Source: Chara braunii (lineage: Eukaryota; Plantae; Charophyceae). Taken from it: a stretch of DNA of 64,000 nucleotides. The notes under the pieces were generated by a model that made no database searches, was not told where the DNA came from, and saw only the letters and a list, made by a program, of their open reading frames with translations. The translations under genes and the position numbers were made by a program. Positions 27,104-40,157 of the stretch are shown here, piece after piece. The number at the start of each line of letters is the position of its first letter. Position 1 is the stretch's first letter. The DNA lies in assembly GCA_003427395.1 (NCBI GenBank), contig BFEA01000002.1, forward strand, positions 797,567-861,566. The letters run 5' to 3'.

Positions 27104-27534
27104 AAAATAAAAAAAGGTATGGAATCTGGATGGAGTGCTTGAATTTTATTTTATTTTTCACTTTTTTAAACTACAGAATATTCTTCTCTCAATTTTTTTC
27201 ATTTTTCACTACCTACCTACCTACCAGGGGACCCCTGCAAGCATAGCTATGTACCCCTCTTGATAAAAGGAGGTTGCCTCTCTTGGTGGAGGGAGGTATT
27301 GCATATTTGTGCCTTGCCCTTGTTGTTTAGGGTGCAGGGTTGAGCCGTTGGTGGGGCCCCTACTAACACATGGACCAAGCATTTGCCAATGGTTATGCCT
27401 CCCTTTTCATCTTCCCTCATCCCCATCAAGTAACAGGTCAACACTCTCCCACAGACCAAACATAACCCACTCCAACTCGCACTCACACCCATGTTGGTTG
27501 AAGACCCTATTGATACCAACCAGGGGGATCAAGT

Positions 27535-27606
27535 TGCTTGGACATGGGGATTGGACCCACAACCTGCTGAATGTCACTTTCGTGCCTAACCAATTGAGCT
27601 AGGTCA
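27535..27606 (-). mobile_element. Degenerate tRNA-derived (SINE-like) head
   Basis: Reverse complement reads gacctagctcaattggttaggcac...caggttgtgggtccaatcccca (A-box-like and B-box-like motifs). Confidence 0.5.
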
Positions 27607-27644
27607 CTAGATGACTGCTTGAAATTTTCTTCTTTTTTGTTTTT

Positions 27645-28242
27645 TAAACCACTAGTATTTTTTTCATAAATCAGTCTCGGGTAGAAACAAAAGGTCAAAC
27701 ACAGAAAACAGACCGTTGGTTCAATTTATCAACGGCAGCCCGATGCCGCTTGGCTTCCACGTTACCGCTTGGCTTCCACGTTACCGCTTGGCTTCCACGT
27801 TGGTTCAATTTATCAACGGCAGCCCACACGCGGAATTAATTTTGAAGCGGGGAAAGGTACTGGTGATTTAAGTACACTATATTCTTCTCTCAAATTCTTT
27901 CATGGGTCCCCTGTATAGCCTTAGGGATAGTGGTAGGTAGGTAATGGGAGGTGAATTTGAAAGAATTTGAGAGATGATGAAAGAATCCGAGTGAGATTTG
28001 AGACATCAGTCATGGTAATGCTCTTTATAAAATTAAAAAAAAAAAATTGTAGCCCCCATAAGCCTAGTCGCGCGATGGTTAGCCTTGAACCACCAGTCTG
28101 TTTTTATGCAAAAACATACAGTAGAAGCGTTTCTAGTCGGATGAATTTGGCCGCTCCCGTAGTGGCCCGATCGTTCATTATTGTCGGATGAATTTGATTG
28201 CTCCCGTAGTGGCCCTAACTTTCATCAAGTAGTGGTGGTTTA
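27645..28242. mobile_element. Two further short MITEs of the same TIR family (about 27645-27871 and 28084-28242)
   Basis: ttaaaccactagta...tactggtgatttaa and ttgaaccaccagt...agtggtggtttaa; each has internal short tandem repeats. Confidence 0.55.
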
Positions 28243-28644
28243 AGTATGCTTTAGGCGCAAAGGCAGAAAAAACAAATTGAAACCTACGAATTCTCAATCT
28301 CATGACACAAGTAGAGACAGTGGTTTCAACTCGTTATTACTGAGTCTTCAAATGTTAATATTCTTTTGGAAATTAGTTGTGGGGCTTCATACGGTAATGG
28401 GAAGCTAGACCTGATTTTCAACGATTTTCAAAGGTGAAGTTAGGCAATCTCCCTGGTCAGTTCCATCTATATCGAATTGTAAGGTCTCCAGCCTCATTTC
28501 AATGTACCCACGTTAAGCCACCAGTATCGCGCCCAATGTACGGCTGCAGAATAGAACCGTGACTTTCGGGGGGTTCGGTAATACTGTCATTTTTTTCTCT
28601 TTTCTCTTTTTTTAAAAACATCCCTTAGGTATGCTGTCAGTAAT

Positions 28645-28915
28645 GATAGGAGCAATTCGCGGGAAACTATCTAAACACACTATCGAAGGCTCAATAGACA
28701 CAAAACTTTTTGACCTCATCGGCGTCAAGGCCAAGTACACAATTGTGGAAGCGCTGTACGGACCAAAGGGGACTTAGACCCACCCCACCAAACCATGTTA
28801 TGTTAAAATAGCTCGAGATTTTTTTAAGAATCTTTGTACGACCCATTTTCCCCCTAGCGACGAGGACACCCGGCGGAAACAGATAGAGGACTTCAGCTCA
28901 TCAACAAATCTTTCC
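28645..28915 (+). pseudogene. Possible LINE ORF2 linker fragment
   Basis: IVEALYGPKG...VKIARDFFKNL resembles the APE-RT linker; the resemblance is weak. Confidence 0.3.
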
Positions 28916-29304
28916 CTCGCTATTTGCATCCTCTTCCTCCTTATCCACTTCCTTTATATCTTATGATTCCTCAAACCCTTTCCTCCTTTCCTTTTCTTGC
29001 CCCTTTAGGACCTGCTTTAAGGATTCGTCTTCGAAGTAATTACTTTTAATAAGAGTTTTATTTGATATAACCCTTGTTTTAATCATGTTGAATTTTAAGC
29101 TCACTCAATCTTGCGTTGTCTGACAATAATTTCTTACTCTTCTAGTGATCCTCGTTTTTCCATTAAAAAAAAAAAAAAAAGGATTATAGGATGAAGTAAC
29201 TTTTCGAATAAAGGTTACCACTAACAGTTAACCTACCATACCCCTCTTTTGATAATTCTATGACTCCCATAAGCAACAAAAGGCAGTGCGACAAATCTCC
29301 ACTT

Positions 29305-29340
<36 letters not shown>

Positions 29341-29421
29341 TATTCATCTCTTCAATCACTTCACTCCTTCTTTGTCCCCAAGACTGATCCTCATTCCCTC
29401 TCCGTCTTGTAAAAAAAAAAA

Positions 29422-29452
<31 letters not shown>

Positions 29453-29719
29453 TATTAACCAAGGACAACTCATGTTGTGTGTAGCTCATCTCATTCATAT
29501 GTATGCGCATGATTTGGAGGTTTCTCTTTTTTGGAAAAAAAAAAAAAAAAAAAAAAAAGGCGGGGAATAATGGAAGCACAAAGGAGGATCATCACGGAGT
29601 TAATTACTCACATACTTGCATACATAACTCTTTTCTCAATAAATTACATTTCGTGAAAGCTTTTTAGATTGTATGTCTGTCTTCTCCTTACCTTTAAAAT
29701 AACCTATGATTTTCTTCAC

Positions 29720-32700
29720 AATCAAGCAATCAGCCAATCGATCAATCGATCGATCGATCATCTAATCAATCAATCGATAAAATTAGACTGATCGACGGAC
29801 CGCCTGATCGATCAATCGACAAAACCATACAAAGATCAAGCTATTCAAATGACCCGCTTAACCAATCATCCTCTCATGTCATTTTTTTTCCCCTTACCTT
29901 CTTATCGCATCCCCGCTCATTAAAGGATTCGATTGTTTAAAATTGTTGTGTTCCTCTAATTATGCATCTTCCTTATTCGATTATTCTGCATTTTAAATCA
30001 ACCATTCATCCAATCATTTTTTTTTTGTCGATTGTTTAATTGTTTAATGGATTAATCGATTGATTTATCATTCATTTAAATTTGAATTTGTCATACTTTC
30101 GGGTCATACTTTCCCCCCTACCTTCTTACCATTTTTAAAACAATTTTGCTACTTGAAATTGTTTGTATTAGGCTTGTCAATTTTTAAAAAAAAAGAAAAA
30201 AAAATGATAGGACCTCTTCTGAATAACAGATCGATCTTTTGGTCAATCAAACAAACAAACCGATCACACGTTTAATCAATAGATAGGTCGTTGTAATCAA
30301 TTGATTGATCGAATATGTAATCGACTTGTTTGGTTGATTGACCAAAAGACCCATCTATTAGTCAGAAGAGGTCCTATCATGTTTTTATTTATTATTTTTC
30401 AAATTGACAAACTTAATACAACAATTTCAATTAGCAATTTTTTTTGAAAATGGTAAGAAGGTAGGGGGAAAATGATGACTCGAAAGGATGACAAGTTCAA
30501 ATTTAAATGAATGATATATCAATCGATCAATCCATTAAACAATTAAACAATCCGATCACACGTTCGATCTTTCGAACCGATTGACCAATTGATCAACCAA
30601 ACATCGATTAATCGGTTCGAAAGATTGTTTAAACACATTTACACAATCGGTTTGATCACAGATTTGGTCAATTAGTTCGACAGATTGACAAGAACCTAAT
30701 ATTCAAACATGTTTAAAGGCTAACCACACCAATCATCCCTTCCGGATAATTTTTTTTTCTTACCTTCTTACAGTTTTTTACCCTCATTGAAGGATTTTGC
30801 TGTTGAAATTGTTGTGTTATTCTCATTAGGCTTGTTATTTAAAAACAAAGAATATAAAAAAATCATCATGATACGAGTTTTTTCGACTGATAGATCGATC
30901 AATCAATCAACCAAATCGATCAATCGTTTGATCGACAGTTTGATTGACTGACCGATTGATTAAGTGATCGACCGATCGGTATAGAGACTCGTCGTCAGGT
31001 CTTTCAATCGATCGAGTGATCAAATAAGCAATCAATTGATCGTCCGATCAATAAATCATCCAATCAATAGATCATCCAATCAACAGCTCGATCTATCGAT
31101 CGATTGACTGACTGATCGATCGATCAAACATAGTCACACCAAAACAAAATATCCAAAATTAATCAATGACTTTTTGAACCAATCATCCTTCACGACCCCT
31201 CACCCCTTTTTCCCCTTATTGCACTTGCTCGCACTAAAGGTTTTGCTCTTTGAATTCGTTGTGTAGTGTTAATAAAATGACTACTTCAAAAAATCCACAT
31301 AGGAATTTTTTTCACTTATCTGACCAGTTAATCGTTTGATTAATCAATTGACCAATCAATCAATCGTTCGATAGATTGATCAATCAATCGATTTTCTGAC
31401 GAATAGATCAAGCAATCAATCAACCAAATTGACCAATCGTTCGATCAATCGATATATCGATCAATTGATTGATCGACTGATTGACTGATTGATTAAGTGA
31501 GTGACCGACTAGTAGAGAAACTGGTCGTTAGGCATTTCAATCGATCACTCAATCAAACAAGCAGTCAATTGATCAATCAATCAATCAATCAACTATCGTA
31601 CAATCACCTGGTCGATCTACTTATCGACTGACTAATCTTCGATCGAACAAACACAGTCGCATAAAGACGAAACCATTCAAAAATAATTAATGACTCTTTG
31701 GACCAATCACCCTCCACGTCACTTCATCCCTTTCCCCCTATTGCACTTACCAGCACAATTTTTTTTTATGTTTTGAAATTGTTGTGTTGCGTTAATTCAA
31801 AGGATCCTCATAGGAATTCCCTACACTTATCTCACAAATCAATCGTTTGATTATTCAATCAACCAATCGATCAACCGTTCGATAGATTGATCAATCAATC
31901 AATCCTCGAAACATGATTCATCAGTTTTTCTTATTAAATCAAAGCACAAATTTTCAAGAAATCATACCATTCAACCTCTCACCCCCTTTCCTCTACATTG
32001 CACCTCCTCTAAAGATTTTGTTGTTCTGTCAATTTAATATTACTTCCACTGTCATCATAGGACCCCCTCTGTACACATCTGATAGATTAATCGATTGATC
32101 GATCGATCGACTGAGCAATCGACTGATCAATTAATCAATTGATAAATAGATTAACCGATTTATCAGCTCTCGTTATTAAATCAAAGCACAAATTCTCAAA
32201 AAATCATATCATTCAACCCCTCAACCCATTTCCTCTACATTGCACCTCCTCTAAAGATTCTGTTGTTTTGTCAATTTGATATTACTTCCACTGTCATCAT
32301 AGGACCCCCTTTGCGCACATCTGATAGATCAATCGATCGACTGAGCAATCGACTGATCAATTAATCAATTGATAGATAGATTAACCGATCGATGCAGTCA
32401 CAAAAGCACCAGACATGCATCTCATGATTTGGCGGTCCCTATCTTATTAAAACCCTGTTGCTTGAAAATATTATGGCACTTCAACTTGACACTCTTACTG
32501 TTATATTAACACCATCCTAATTATATCTGACCGATAGGTCGATCGATCAATTTATCAATCAATCAATTGATCGATACATCAATCAATTGATCAATCAATC
32601 AATCGACCAATTGATCGGATCGATAAATCGATGAACTATTCGATCAAATCGATCGACTCACCAATTGACACATAATAACAAAACCAATAGTTCATCCCTC

Positions 32701-34068
32701 ATATCAGTTTAAAAAGACTTTTCATTCTCATGAATGAACCTCTCTGCATGTATCTGATTAAAATGATGGTCAACTATAGTTCTCTTCATAAATACCTACA
32801 ACGATCCTAACGTAAGTACTGTCATTGCTCCTCGCTTTTACCTGAGGAGATCAACGGCTGAATGTAAAAAAAAAAAAAAAAAAAAAAAAGGTCAAACACT
32901 CACACATTTACAGTTGTCCAAATCGATCGCTCATCCGTCCCCACGCCTATAATCACCTCTCGATCACTTACGCAACTAGATAGAACATCCCTTGACAACA
33001 ACATTTCCACGTGCAAGTCATTTTATCCCACCTCAACCCCTTCCTCACCACCCCTTTTTGACCAACCAGAATGCCTTACTACCTACAAAAGAAATATGCA
33101 AAAACCTTATATATCATCTGCCGATGTCAGACACTTTAGGCTTATAGCTATTTTGTTCAAACTCAACCCCTCTCTCATCATCTACTCTCAACAATAATTC
33201 ACTTTAAAGGATCTGTTATCACGTATTACTCACTAAGTTCCAAGGAACCAATGAATAATGAAAGGATACACCCTCTTACACAGATCAAGTAATAATTAAC
33301 CACGATAATGATATGGCACTACTAAGAATGTTGTGTTATTGCACCATTATCATACGTCATCAATACAAAGGATATAGTCCTCAACCACTAGCATAACTAA
33401 ATTTTGAAACCATATTTCCCCAATCCCATTTTTCCAATACTTCACCTCTCAATGAGCTACAACCCCAAAATCTTTGTTGATACTTTTTTGTTGTTTCTCT
33501 TTCGCTGATTGAAATGGAATACATTTTGGATCAAGCCATTGAATCTTAGCTCTTTTCGATCGACCGACCGATTGATCAATCTATCGATTGATCGATTGAT
33601 TGACTAATTGAACGATTGATTGATCGACATAAAGATAGATAGATCATTCGTTCGATCTTTCAATCGATCGAGCGATCAAACAACAATTGATAAATCAATT
33701 AATCAATTGATCGCCCGATCGATAGATCATTCAATCAACCGATCGATCGATCTAATGATTTATCAATCGATTGACTGACTGATAGATCTCTTGGGACAAC
33801 TATCCTTCAACTCACTCCATCTCATTTTCCACACTAAAAACTTTTGCTGCTCGAAATTGCTTTGCCGCTTTCACCTCCTGTTTCGAAACCATAATCCTTC
33901 TAATACTTCCCCTCTTAATGGAAAAAAATAATTAAAAAAAATTCGGACAATCATCCTTCATCTCATTTGTCGCTAAAGATTTTTGCTGCTCAAAATTGTT
34001 GTGTTGCTTTCTCCGCCCATTCCGAAACCATACACCCCCCAAGCCTATCCTTTCAAATACTTCCTCTC

Positions 34069-34112
<44 letters not shown>

Positions 34113-34200
34113 AAACGAACTTTTATATCGTTGCTCTTTCGTAGATTGCAATAGAACACATTTTGGATCAAACCATCGAAACTATAATTTTCTTACCTTT
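29720..34200. repeat. Complex degenerate satellite: GATC/AATC/TCGA-rich tracts alternating with a ~100-150-bp module
   Basis: Module caatcatcc..cccttacctt..aaggattttgct..gaaattgttgtgtt recurs about 10 times; near-perfect duplication of 31930-32160 at 32173-32390. Confidence 0.85.
30030..30551. repeat. Long inverted repeat (~250-bp arms)
   Basis: gattgtttaattgtttaatggatt...gataggacctcttctga is mirrored by tcagaagaggtcctatc...aatccattaaacaattaaacaatc. Confidence 0.9.
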
Positions 34201-34759
34201 CGCTACAATTTTTAAATTAGCCTCTTTATTAATTAACCCATTGAAATTCCCCCGTTTATATTTCTCCTTCATGATCGTTCTCCTTGCAATCATCCTCATC
34301 TTTTTCGTTTTTGCACCACCATTCCTAATCCTCATTCTAATCTTTCCCAAAATTTTGACCTTTTTTTATTCATCTTAAAACAACAAGGACGATTAAATGT
34401 CTATATATATATATATTATATATTGTCATATATATATATTATATATATATCATTCACTATACCTTGCACAAATGAAGCAATTTACTTAAGGAACTACATC
34501 GCTTCAAACTTTGACTACTTAATGTTTTACATATGCAAATAAATCATTGGCTTAAAACATTCCTAGCAACCTCTGACCCTCAGTCTGTCATTGGAGCAGA
34601 AGTTTATTTCGTACTTTCATCCTTCCCCCCATTTTTTCAGCAACAATAATTATTGATTGTGTCAATGATCCCTTAACTCAGAATATCTTTGACCTCTTCT
34701 TCACCATACAACTCGATAATTCCGATAAACTCCACAGGGTGCATGCTCTCGCAATTAAA

Positions 34760-37700
34760 ATGAAAAACCCTCTCCCTCCTCCACCACCCCAACCACCTTT
34801 CCACCTCCTCTAAACCGACTCAATCCACCTCTCCTTCTCGCCTTCATAAACCCATGCTCTTCTTCATCCCGTCTACCCCATCCAATCACCATCGAAGCGT
34901 TCGAGCAGCTAAAGAAGCAACTCCTTCCCAAGGAAGAAACGAATCGCCTTTCCATCTAGCACCTACAAAATGAGCTACTCAAGTGTGATGAAGAAAATCA
35001 GACCCTCGCCCAACTTTATCAGAAGCTTCAATTAGAGATGGATGCTATCCTCGAGAAACTCAATGACAAGTCCTTGCCTGCCTACGACGAACTCCCTGTC
35101 TGAAAAAAAATATTTATCTCACTTTGCTGTTACTCTCAAGTGAAAGCATACATCCGTTTTCTCGCAGTCAATATGAATTACTCCCACTACCCCATCGGAA
35201 AGTCAGTGGCTTCAGACTTCTGCTGAAAAGTGACTTCCATAGCCAAGGACTGTCTTGATTATTGTATTTCCAAGGAAGTGAGCATTATCTAACCGAGGCT
35301 ATGAGGGAAGGCATGCACAAACTTGACGCTCGACCTATCTATTTATCGTCTCAAATTGTCAATAAGTCCAGGTCATTTGCGTTCAAGGGCTTATATTCTA
35401 TCTACTTATTTGTGAATGCAGGTTGAGAATATCTAAATCCGACTCATCGTCGTATTGGAAGACTATCACAAGACTGAAGACCACAAGAAGCCTTGCTTTT
35501 CCAAGAGACACTACAGCGACGATAATGACTGTGACTACGACTATTTTTGCGCTTTAAAGAGAGCCTTCAGCGATTCTGACCATAAGCACCATGACCAACC
35601 TCATTCCTCCCCCCAAAACGCAGCACGATCTTCAAAATAATAATTCCCCTTTCATTATCCTATCCATTACCGGCATACTCACTAACCTATCTTCATCCCC
35701 ATCCCTCTGGGACCTCCGGATTGCCACATTCGCCCTTCAAGAACCAACATCCAGGTTAAGAGGTTCATGGGTTTCCTGGGATTTGCGAAAAACAGAAAAA
35801 AGGAAAAAAAATAAATAAATGGCGAAGCTTAGGTTCGTGACCCTGACAATTTTTTTCCCCGTCTCGCCTTCTCACTATTTCTCCAATTAGTCACTTCTCC
35901 TCTCCTCATCCTCTAGAAGATTCTCGCACTCCATCCTTCAATGGATCCACCACGGTGTCAAACTCAAGTTCGCCGACACATCTCATATCGCAAGTTTCAA
36001 GATCATAGAAGTTCGGGGCATGGTAAAAGATGTGTTCCCAACCTCCCTTTTCAACTAGGCCTTACGTAGCAACTTTCCCCCACCACTCTGCATGCCTAAT
36101 CATAACAATTCACCTCACCACCGCAACTTCATTACAACAATTGTCTCGCAACTACTAGCTTTTGGCATCATAGAACCTTTCCCAAACTTTATTGTTATCA
36201 ATCTTGTTTTCACTATAAAAACTCATCTAAAACAAGATTTATTATTGATGTACGCTTTGACAATCTTTTCGTCACATTCATAAATTTTCATTATAAATCA
36301 ATCGATGACTTAACCGCTCATCTTTTTGGTTCCCCTACCCAAAATTTTCTCACGTGTTTCGATATAAAGAATGATTACTAACACATCCCTATTCATCATC
36401 ACCGTCCCTATCTCGCTTTTCAATGGAATGAATTTAGCTACCACTTTACAACTCTTTGCTTCGATATCTCTTCCACATGCTCGATATTTACAGTCATAAT
36501 GCAAGAGGTGATGGCAAAAATTTTCCTTCGTCAAGTTCACGTTGCTTCCTACATAGACGACTCTTCTCTTAGTCACAAAGTTCTTTCAACTCTACTTTGA
36601 CAAACCTTCAATTACATACGTAGCCCTTCTTCACAACCTCGGGTAGGGGGGGGGACTGTTCAAAGCCTTTCAGAAAGGTAAGGGAGATGATGGATCCACC
36701 AGAGAAGGTCGGTAATGAGATCTGAGGAAATAGGTACAGGGGAATCCCAGTTAGGCGGGGAGATTATTTCATAGAGTGATGAGAGGAAGGGGTGAGTGGG
36801 CATGAAGCCTCTTTTGAGAGTGACACAAGTTTTCCTGTAAGTTTTCCAATGAATCTGTTGGAGTGGTGAAAGTTGGTCTCTTGAATTAAGTTGAGGAGCT
36901 TTACAATCTTGTATTGCGGTACCTTGACTCACAGAGAGTTTTTTACAATCCTATAAACTTTCCGCTTCTTAGCCATCTCACACCCTCATCTCCTTTCATC
37001 CAGACAGCCAGACCGTCTCCGCATTACTCTCCCAAATAAAATCCACAGATCAATCATTTAACCCATGGTTGTGAAACATAGCTTCCTTCCTCATAACCTT
37101 CGATGCAATCCTCAATCCAGTATGGATACCCAAATCACTCAATACATCAACAGACTCACTGTCAACAATTGATGACAATATCGATTGGGTTTCGCCAACC
37201 ATATCAAGAAGGATTTTTTTTTTTTAATTGGAGTACGAACCATAATTTTATTCGCTTCCGACTATCGTCATGTTTGACCAACCTTTATCTCAAAGGACGA
37301 GTCAGTCAATGCCTATCAAATCGACGCCTTGTCCCTGGACTAAAACTTTTTTCCATCGCAACCTTACAGATGGATATTCCCACCTGCCTCACTCTTCTAT
37401 CAGATCCTCTAAAAAATATCAATGCAAGTCATGCTCCTTACCTTATCATGCAACCCTCATCCCAACAAACCTCTTGGTACCCCCGCATTCTCACTTTTAA
37501 TATCATTAAACGATTCACCATCCCTGAATCTAAGTTTTTCTGCCTCCCCAACCCTCGAGTCGGTAACCTCGTCCTTAATCCCGCAATCCTTGGTTTGACA
37601 ACAATTTTCTTCCTCCCTTAATACATCTTCATTTCCCTTCTTCCACCTACGCCTCATCCCATAACCATAACACATAAACTTCCCTACTTGACTCCAAGTG

Positions 37701-38300
37701 ACCTGCCTCATCATTTTCCATAAACTCCAACTCTCTTCAATTCCGGCTTGCACTCCACCTATGCGGAAACTATGACCACTCTCCCCCTCAAATACTCTCA
37801 CCTCCCCAAACCACTTTTTTTATCTGCGTGTTAAATTCACCTCCACTCAACGGTCCACTCCCCTGCATCGGCCGAAAAAGATAACCACTCCGCAAATGTA
37901 GTCCCAAGCGTCCATAACTACCCAACATTTATGGTAACCAACCCCAAAATATTTCCTCCTCACTCTTCGGATCTTTTAATCTTATCATAAACCTTCCCCC
38001 ATGGCGATTTGTCTTTGTATATCTCGGCCGCACCACTCCTCACTCAAAATCAATCTCTCTATACTGCAGCCTTAATCCCTCAGGCTCTTCACACCACTGC
38101 CAACTCTCCCACAAATACAAGAATGCCCCTCCATCCCGATATGCTTGCGCCTCAGAATACCCTTTCATAACCTTCACCTTCTCTCTTATATAACCAATCA
38201 CCAGTCTCAACTTCTCCCATTGCATAGGACGTGCAAATTCTTCAACCACCCCCCTCTGCAAGGTATACTCTCGATAGGCTTTCCTAAAGATCCTAACCCT
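34760..38300 (+). mobile_element. Decayed DIRS-order (PAT/kangaroo-like) retrotransposon: gag-like, RT, RNase H and methyltransferase on +, tyrosine recombinase on -
   Basis: IVSQLLAFGIIEP (RT start), VASYIDDS at 36541-36564, PNWDSPVPISSDLITDLLWW linker (inverted), LFAS / DALSLD / LIMQP..SWYP methyltransferase remnants, GHSFRIGG recombinase motif. Confidence 0.8.
37620..38261 (-). pseudogene. Tyrosine recombinase remnant
   Basis: SGHSFRIGG...MRQVTWSQVGKFMCY matches the HxxR...W...Y catalytic C-terminus of DIRS recombinases. Confidence 0.75.
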
Positions 38301-38732
38301 ACTACCCTGACATAGATCATTTTCTTAATCTCTCCTTAACAAACGAAAACAACCACAGCATCAAACATCGACGGAGAAACCATCGGAAGCCCTTTAGAGT
38401 CTGAAGTTTGACAACTTTCAATCTCAACAAGCCACTGACTGCTTACGAAGGACAATATATCCAAGTCAAAACACGTCACACAACTCCTCTCAACTTCATT
38501 GCGGTCAAGCCACTCGTTCAAGGCAAGCAACACCTTCTTCATTCCATTCTTCGACCGCTTCCCGGCTCCGAACTCGCTGGTTATCACACTACTCTATTCA
38601 AGATGGGCAGAATAGCTTCCTTTAACCATGGGAGTCGCACGCTTCTGCCTCCAACTGCCATCGCTCACTCGCTCGTTCTACCATTCCCTGCAAGACGACG
38701 CTGTCACTTGCGGGACGATGGAGGGATTTGGG

Positions 38733-39445
38733 ACGGACTAGGAGGTGCGCGGGCCCATGGCCCACCTTTCTGACTCGCTTCTGTGTGATCTAGCATCATC
38801 TTCGACCTCACCTTTTTCTATTTTATCTAGAACAGTCTTGTGTAACATTATGCCAACGACAGCGACCCCGATTGCAAACAGTTCCAACGGCTCAGTTTCT
38901 TCCGTGTGATTTGTACCGCTGAAGGCACTGGTCTCGCCCATATGGAACTGGAACCAGAAATCATAGCCTTACATCGACTACATCTGCAATCCCACTACCA
39001 TACAACTTCAACCACTAGGACAATTTCCAGACATCTATGGAGGACAAAACAACCACCAAGGATCAACGGAGGCTCGACAAGTGATGTGACACTCACCCAG
39101 GTTGAAGAACCGCGTCGCCAGCCCGAGCGGTACCACTGCCTTGTCCTGTGACAGTATAGGTCATAGGAGCCTGGCCTGCGACCACAGCTTGTGAGGATTC
39201 CCAAGCAGCACCTTCCAGACCGCGCCCGCTCACAGCACTCGTTGCATACGCGAACCTGTGCAGGAAACACAAGGGTCAGGTCCTACAGAGCTCGAGTCGT
39301 TCTCCTCGCCTTTTTCTGGCGAAGTGGAGCCGTCCACCCGGACTAGGAGGTGTGCGGGACTACGGCTCACCTTTTTGACTGGCTTCTGTGCGATCTAGCA
39401 TCGTCTCCGGCCGCACCTTTCCCCATTTTATCTGGAACAGACGTG
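38733..39445 (+). repeat. ~105-bp diverged direct repeat pair (38733-38835 and 39340-39440)
   Basis: ggactaggaggtg[ct]gcggg...gcttctgtg[tc]gatctagcatc...attttatct[ag]gaacag. Confidence 0.8.
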
Positions 39446-40157
39446 TGTAGCAGGCCCCAAACACCCCAACCAATCACAAAACGGCAGGCCTCTGGCTCCC
39501 CTTCCAAAAAGGCTGGATGTGTCATCCAACCTTCCGTTTGTGAGATGATCTACAGTTCGCAGTGGTCCCACAGTCACACAGGTAGTGGAAAACTAAATTA
39601 CATCACACGGGTGCATGTGGGCCGAGACCCTCTGGGCGGCGAGGCCGATAGTGGCGGAAACTAGAGGGGCTAAATCCGCACCGGTTGATTCCAGGGTGGA
39701 TCTCCCGTCGTTTGGTATTGATAACGGTTCCCCAAGGTGGTTGCATTGCCAGTTGGTTATTCCCCCCGTGCATAAGCCGGTCCGGGGTGCGACCTTTGTT
39801 TCCATTTCCATTCTTTCCATTTCCATTGAGTTGCGATTGTTTTGTCTTTTTCTTTCGGCAGTGGTATGGCCGAGAAGCTGGGTCGCGGATGCTGGTGCTG
39901 GTGATGGCGCTGAAATCTACAGGAGGGGTCTTGACTCGGTTTCCTCTTTTTGCTTCCTAATGATTGCGTAGTCCACGTGGGCATGCATGCCTCTGAGGGC
40001 CGCTGTATTCGAACTGACGTGCCGAGGAGGGCTCACTCATGCGTGGATAGATGGTATCAGTTGCCTGTGAGCGGGAGCGATGACAGGGCGGCGGTAGCGG
40101 CGTTGGTGTAGCGTCGCCCAGCGTCGGCCTGGCCAACGGCGGAGCTGCCAGAGTGGC

